A stretch of DNA of 64,000 nucleotides from NCBI GenBank assembly GCA_977016875.1, contig CDRNST010000233.1, positions 1,178,001 to 1,242,000 of the forward strand. Reading direction: 5' to 3'. The DNA is from Pavona decussata. Taxonomy: Eukaryota. Under the pieces are notes generated by a model. The model was given only the letters and a program-made list of their open reading frames with translations. It was not told the DNA's origin and searched no databases. The position numbers and the translations under genes are program-made. Every line of letters starts with the position of its first letter. Position 1 is the first letter of the stretch. Below are positions 63,301-64,000 of this stretch, one piece after another.

Positions 63301-63943
63301 GTGGTTAAGCTTGTGTCCTGTTTATTGTGTATTTATAGCATATGTTTCCTGTCACTTTGTAACATTATGGTCTTTTGCTGTTGTTTATCAGAAGTTAAAC
63401 CGTCATGATGAAGAAGCGAAGGATCAACCCTGGGGTGAACAAAGCAGTGATGAAAGCAGCACTGAAGAAGATGAGGTATGAACCATTTGTGTTGTACATT
63501 AAACCTTATTAAATGTGGAAGCACCGAAAATCAAAGCAAGGGAAGACAACAGAAAAATTCATTCAGCAGAACACTGAGGAACAAAAGTATTGCTCAGTTA
63601 TCAACTGATTAAATATCATGTTTTATCAATAAAGGGGTAAATATGTCAACTATTTTAGTGATACTTGAAAAGGGTACAAGACATATTGTAATCAAAGGAA
63701 ATTGAAAAACAATTGATTTTGTATGTGAGTGAAAACTAAATTGAATTTTGAACTCGATCGTTCTAGTGGAAGAATGGGCTGTGAGATAGACAGTGAGTGG
63801 ATTTTATGTGACCAAGCTGTGATTTTATTTTGATCATTTCTCATTTGTTGTCCAGGAAAATGAAGAAGGTACCGAAGAGCAAGGAGATGAGGATGAGGAG
63901 GATGATGATGATGATAACTCAGATGATGATGAAATAGCTCAAG
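42312..63943 (+). CDS. KIF21: Kinesin-4 family KIF21A/B-like gene, 5' partial (motor domain, first coiled coil, acidic linker); continues beyond window
   Basis: Exons: 42312-42346, 42502-42681, 42860-42902, 45754-45936, 46580-46627, 47579-47671, 47995-48117, 48961-49128, 49594-49709, 50546-50648, 51162-51254, 51853-51935, 53845-53942, 54635-54698, 55520-55673, 63392-63475, 63856-63943. Motifs: [32 protein letters not shown] (KIF21-like), [64 protein letters not shown]. Confidence 0.92.
42502..42681 (+). CDS. KIF21: KIF21 exon 2
   Basis: [41 protein letters not shown]...LVEG. Confidence 0.92.
42860..42902 (+). CDS. KIF21: KIF21 exon 3
   Basis: [14 protein letters not shown]. Confidence 0.92.
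45754..45936 (+). CDS. KIF21: KIF21 exon 4 (P-loop)
   Basis: [14 protein letters not shown]...GIIPRAV...VQFME. Confidence 0.92.
46580..46627 (+). CDS. KIF21: KIF21 exon 5
   Basis: [16 protein letters not shown]. Confidence 0.9.
47579..47671 (+). CDS. KIF21: KIF21 exon 6
   Basis: [31 protein letters not shown]. Confidence 0.9.
47995..48117 (+). CDS. KIF21: KIF21 exon 7 (switch I)
   Basis: [41 protein letters not shown]. Confidence 0.92.
48961..49128 (+). CDS. KIF21: KIF21 exon 8 (switch II)
   Basis: [36 protein letters not shown]. Confidence 0.92.
49594..49709 (+). CDS. KIF21: KIF21 exon 9
   Basis: [12 protein letters not shown]...[20 protein letters not shown]. Confidence 0.92.
50546..50648 (+). 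CDS. KIF21: KIF21 exon 10 (end of motor)
   Basis: [34 protein letters not shown]. Confidence 0.92.
51162..51254 (+). CDS. KIF21: KIF21 exon 11 (neck coil)
   Basis: [31 protein letters not shown]. Confidence 0.9.
51853..51935 (+). CDS. KIF21: KIF21 exon 12
   Basis: [27 protein letters not shown]. Confidence 0.88.
52232..53807. mobile_element. Non-autonomous DNA transposon (1576 bp), ~40-bp TIRs, AATT target-site duplication (Sola-like)
   Basis: Left AATT|GAAGGTCTGAGAGCATAACCGACTTATGTCGAA; right TTCGACATAAGTCGGTTATGCTCCCAGCCCTTC|AATT. No long ORF. In KIF21 intron 12. Confidence 0.8.
53845..53942 (+). CDS. KIF21: KIF21 exon 13
   Basis: [32 protein letters not shown]. Confidence 0.88.
54635..54698 (+). 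CDS. KIF21: KIF21 exon 14
   Basis: [20 protein letters not shown](R). Confidence 0.88.
55520..56774 (+). CDS. KIF21: KIF21 exon 15: internal donor at 55673 (canonical isoform) or read-through to TGA at 56774 (alternative terminal exon, 366-aa new tail)
   Basis: NKLTESEAM...[17 protein letters not shown]|GTGGTA donor is in phase with exon 63392. The frame stays open 1.1 kb further to ...FEVKI*; AATAAA at ~57296-57306. Confidence 0.75.
59674..60446. mobile_element. Probable non-autonomous element: terminal hairpin plus (GAGTG[AT]AA)n microsatellite
   Basis: GTCTACG-GCTTCT-AG-AGAAGC-GTAGAC hairpin at ~59674-59700, six 8-bp units at ~59717-59765, CpG-richer body. Right boundary uncertain. Confidence 0.4.
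63392..63475 (+). CDS. KIF21: KIF21 exon 16 (acidic linker)
   Basis: [28 protein letters not shown]; CAG acceptor, GTATGA donor. Confidence 0.8.
63856..63943 (+). CDS. KIF21: KIF21 exon 17 (poly-acidic)
   Basis: [29 protein letters not shown]; GTAAGT donor; like the acidic stretch of vertebrate KIF21A. Confidence 0.82.
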
Positions 63944-64000
63944 GTAAGTTAGACACTGATTCATTTGAGTACCAATGTACCTGGAGAAGGCATCTTACTT

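Overview
Eukaryotic, intron-rich genomic DNA. The repeat families (a ~105-110 bp GAGTCTGTGGATGAAATCC satellite, a tRNA-derived SINE and palindromic MITEs) suggest a scleractinian coral, possibly Porites; this is an inference. The window holds three genes. (1) The last coding exon of an unidentified + strand gene (680-856). (2) A complete minus-strand large Rab GTPase gene of the CRACR2A/Rab46-RASEF/Rab45 family (EF-hands + coiled coil + Rab + C-terminal CC). It has 20 phase-consistent coding exons from 33319 to 5304 (~893 aa) plus a candidate 12-nt microexon. (3) The 5' part of a divergently transcribed KIF21-type kinesin-4 gene (ATG 42312, 17 exons visible, continuing past the window). Most notable: intron 6 of the Rab gene contains a ~7.2-kb same-strand open exon that splices in frame to exon 7. 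It encodes a disordered region with ~25 K-E-C-Q-T-type motifs resembling the dynein intermediate-chain LC8 site (KETQT), i.e. a candidate highly multivalent LC8 scaffold isoform of a dynein-adaptor family protein. The neighbouring KIF21 gene has a read-through terminal exon predicting a WD40-less motor whose new 366-aa tail carries two SxIP (EB-binding) motifs. All gene models were built by hand from splice signals and phase, with no transcript evidence.
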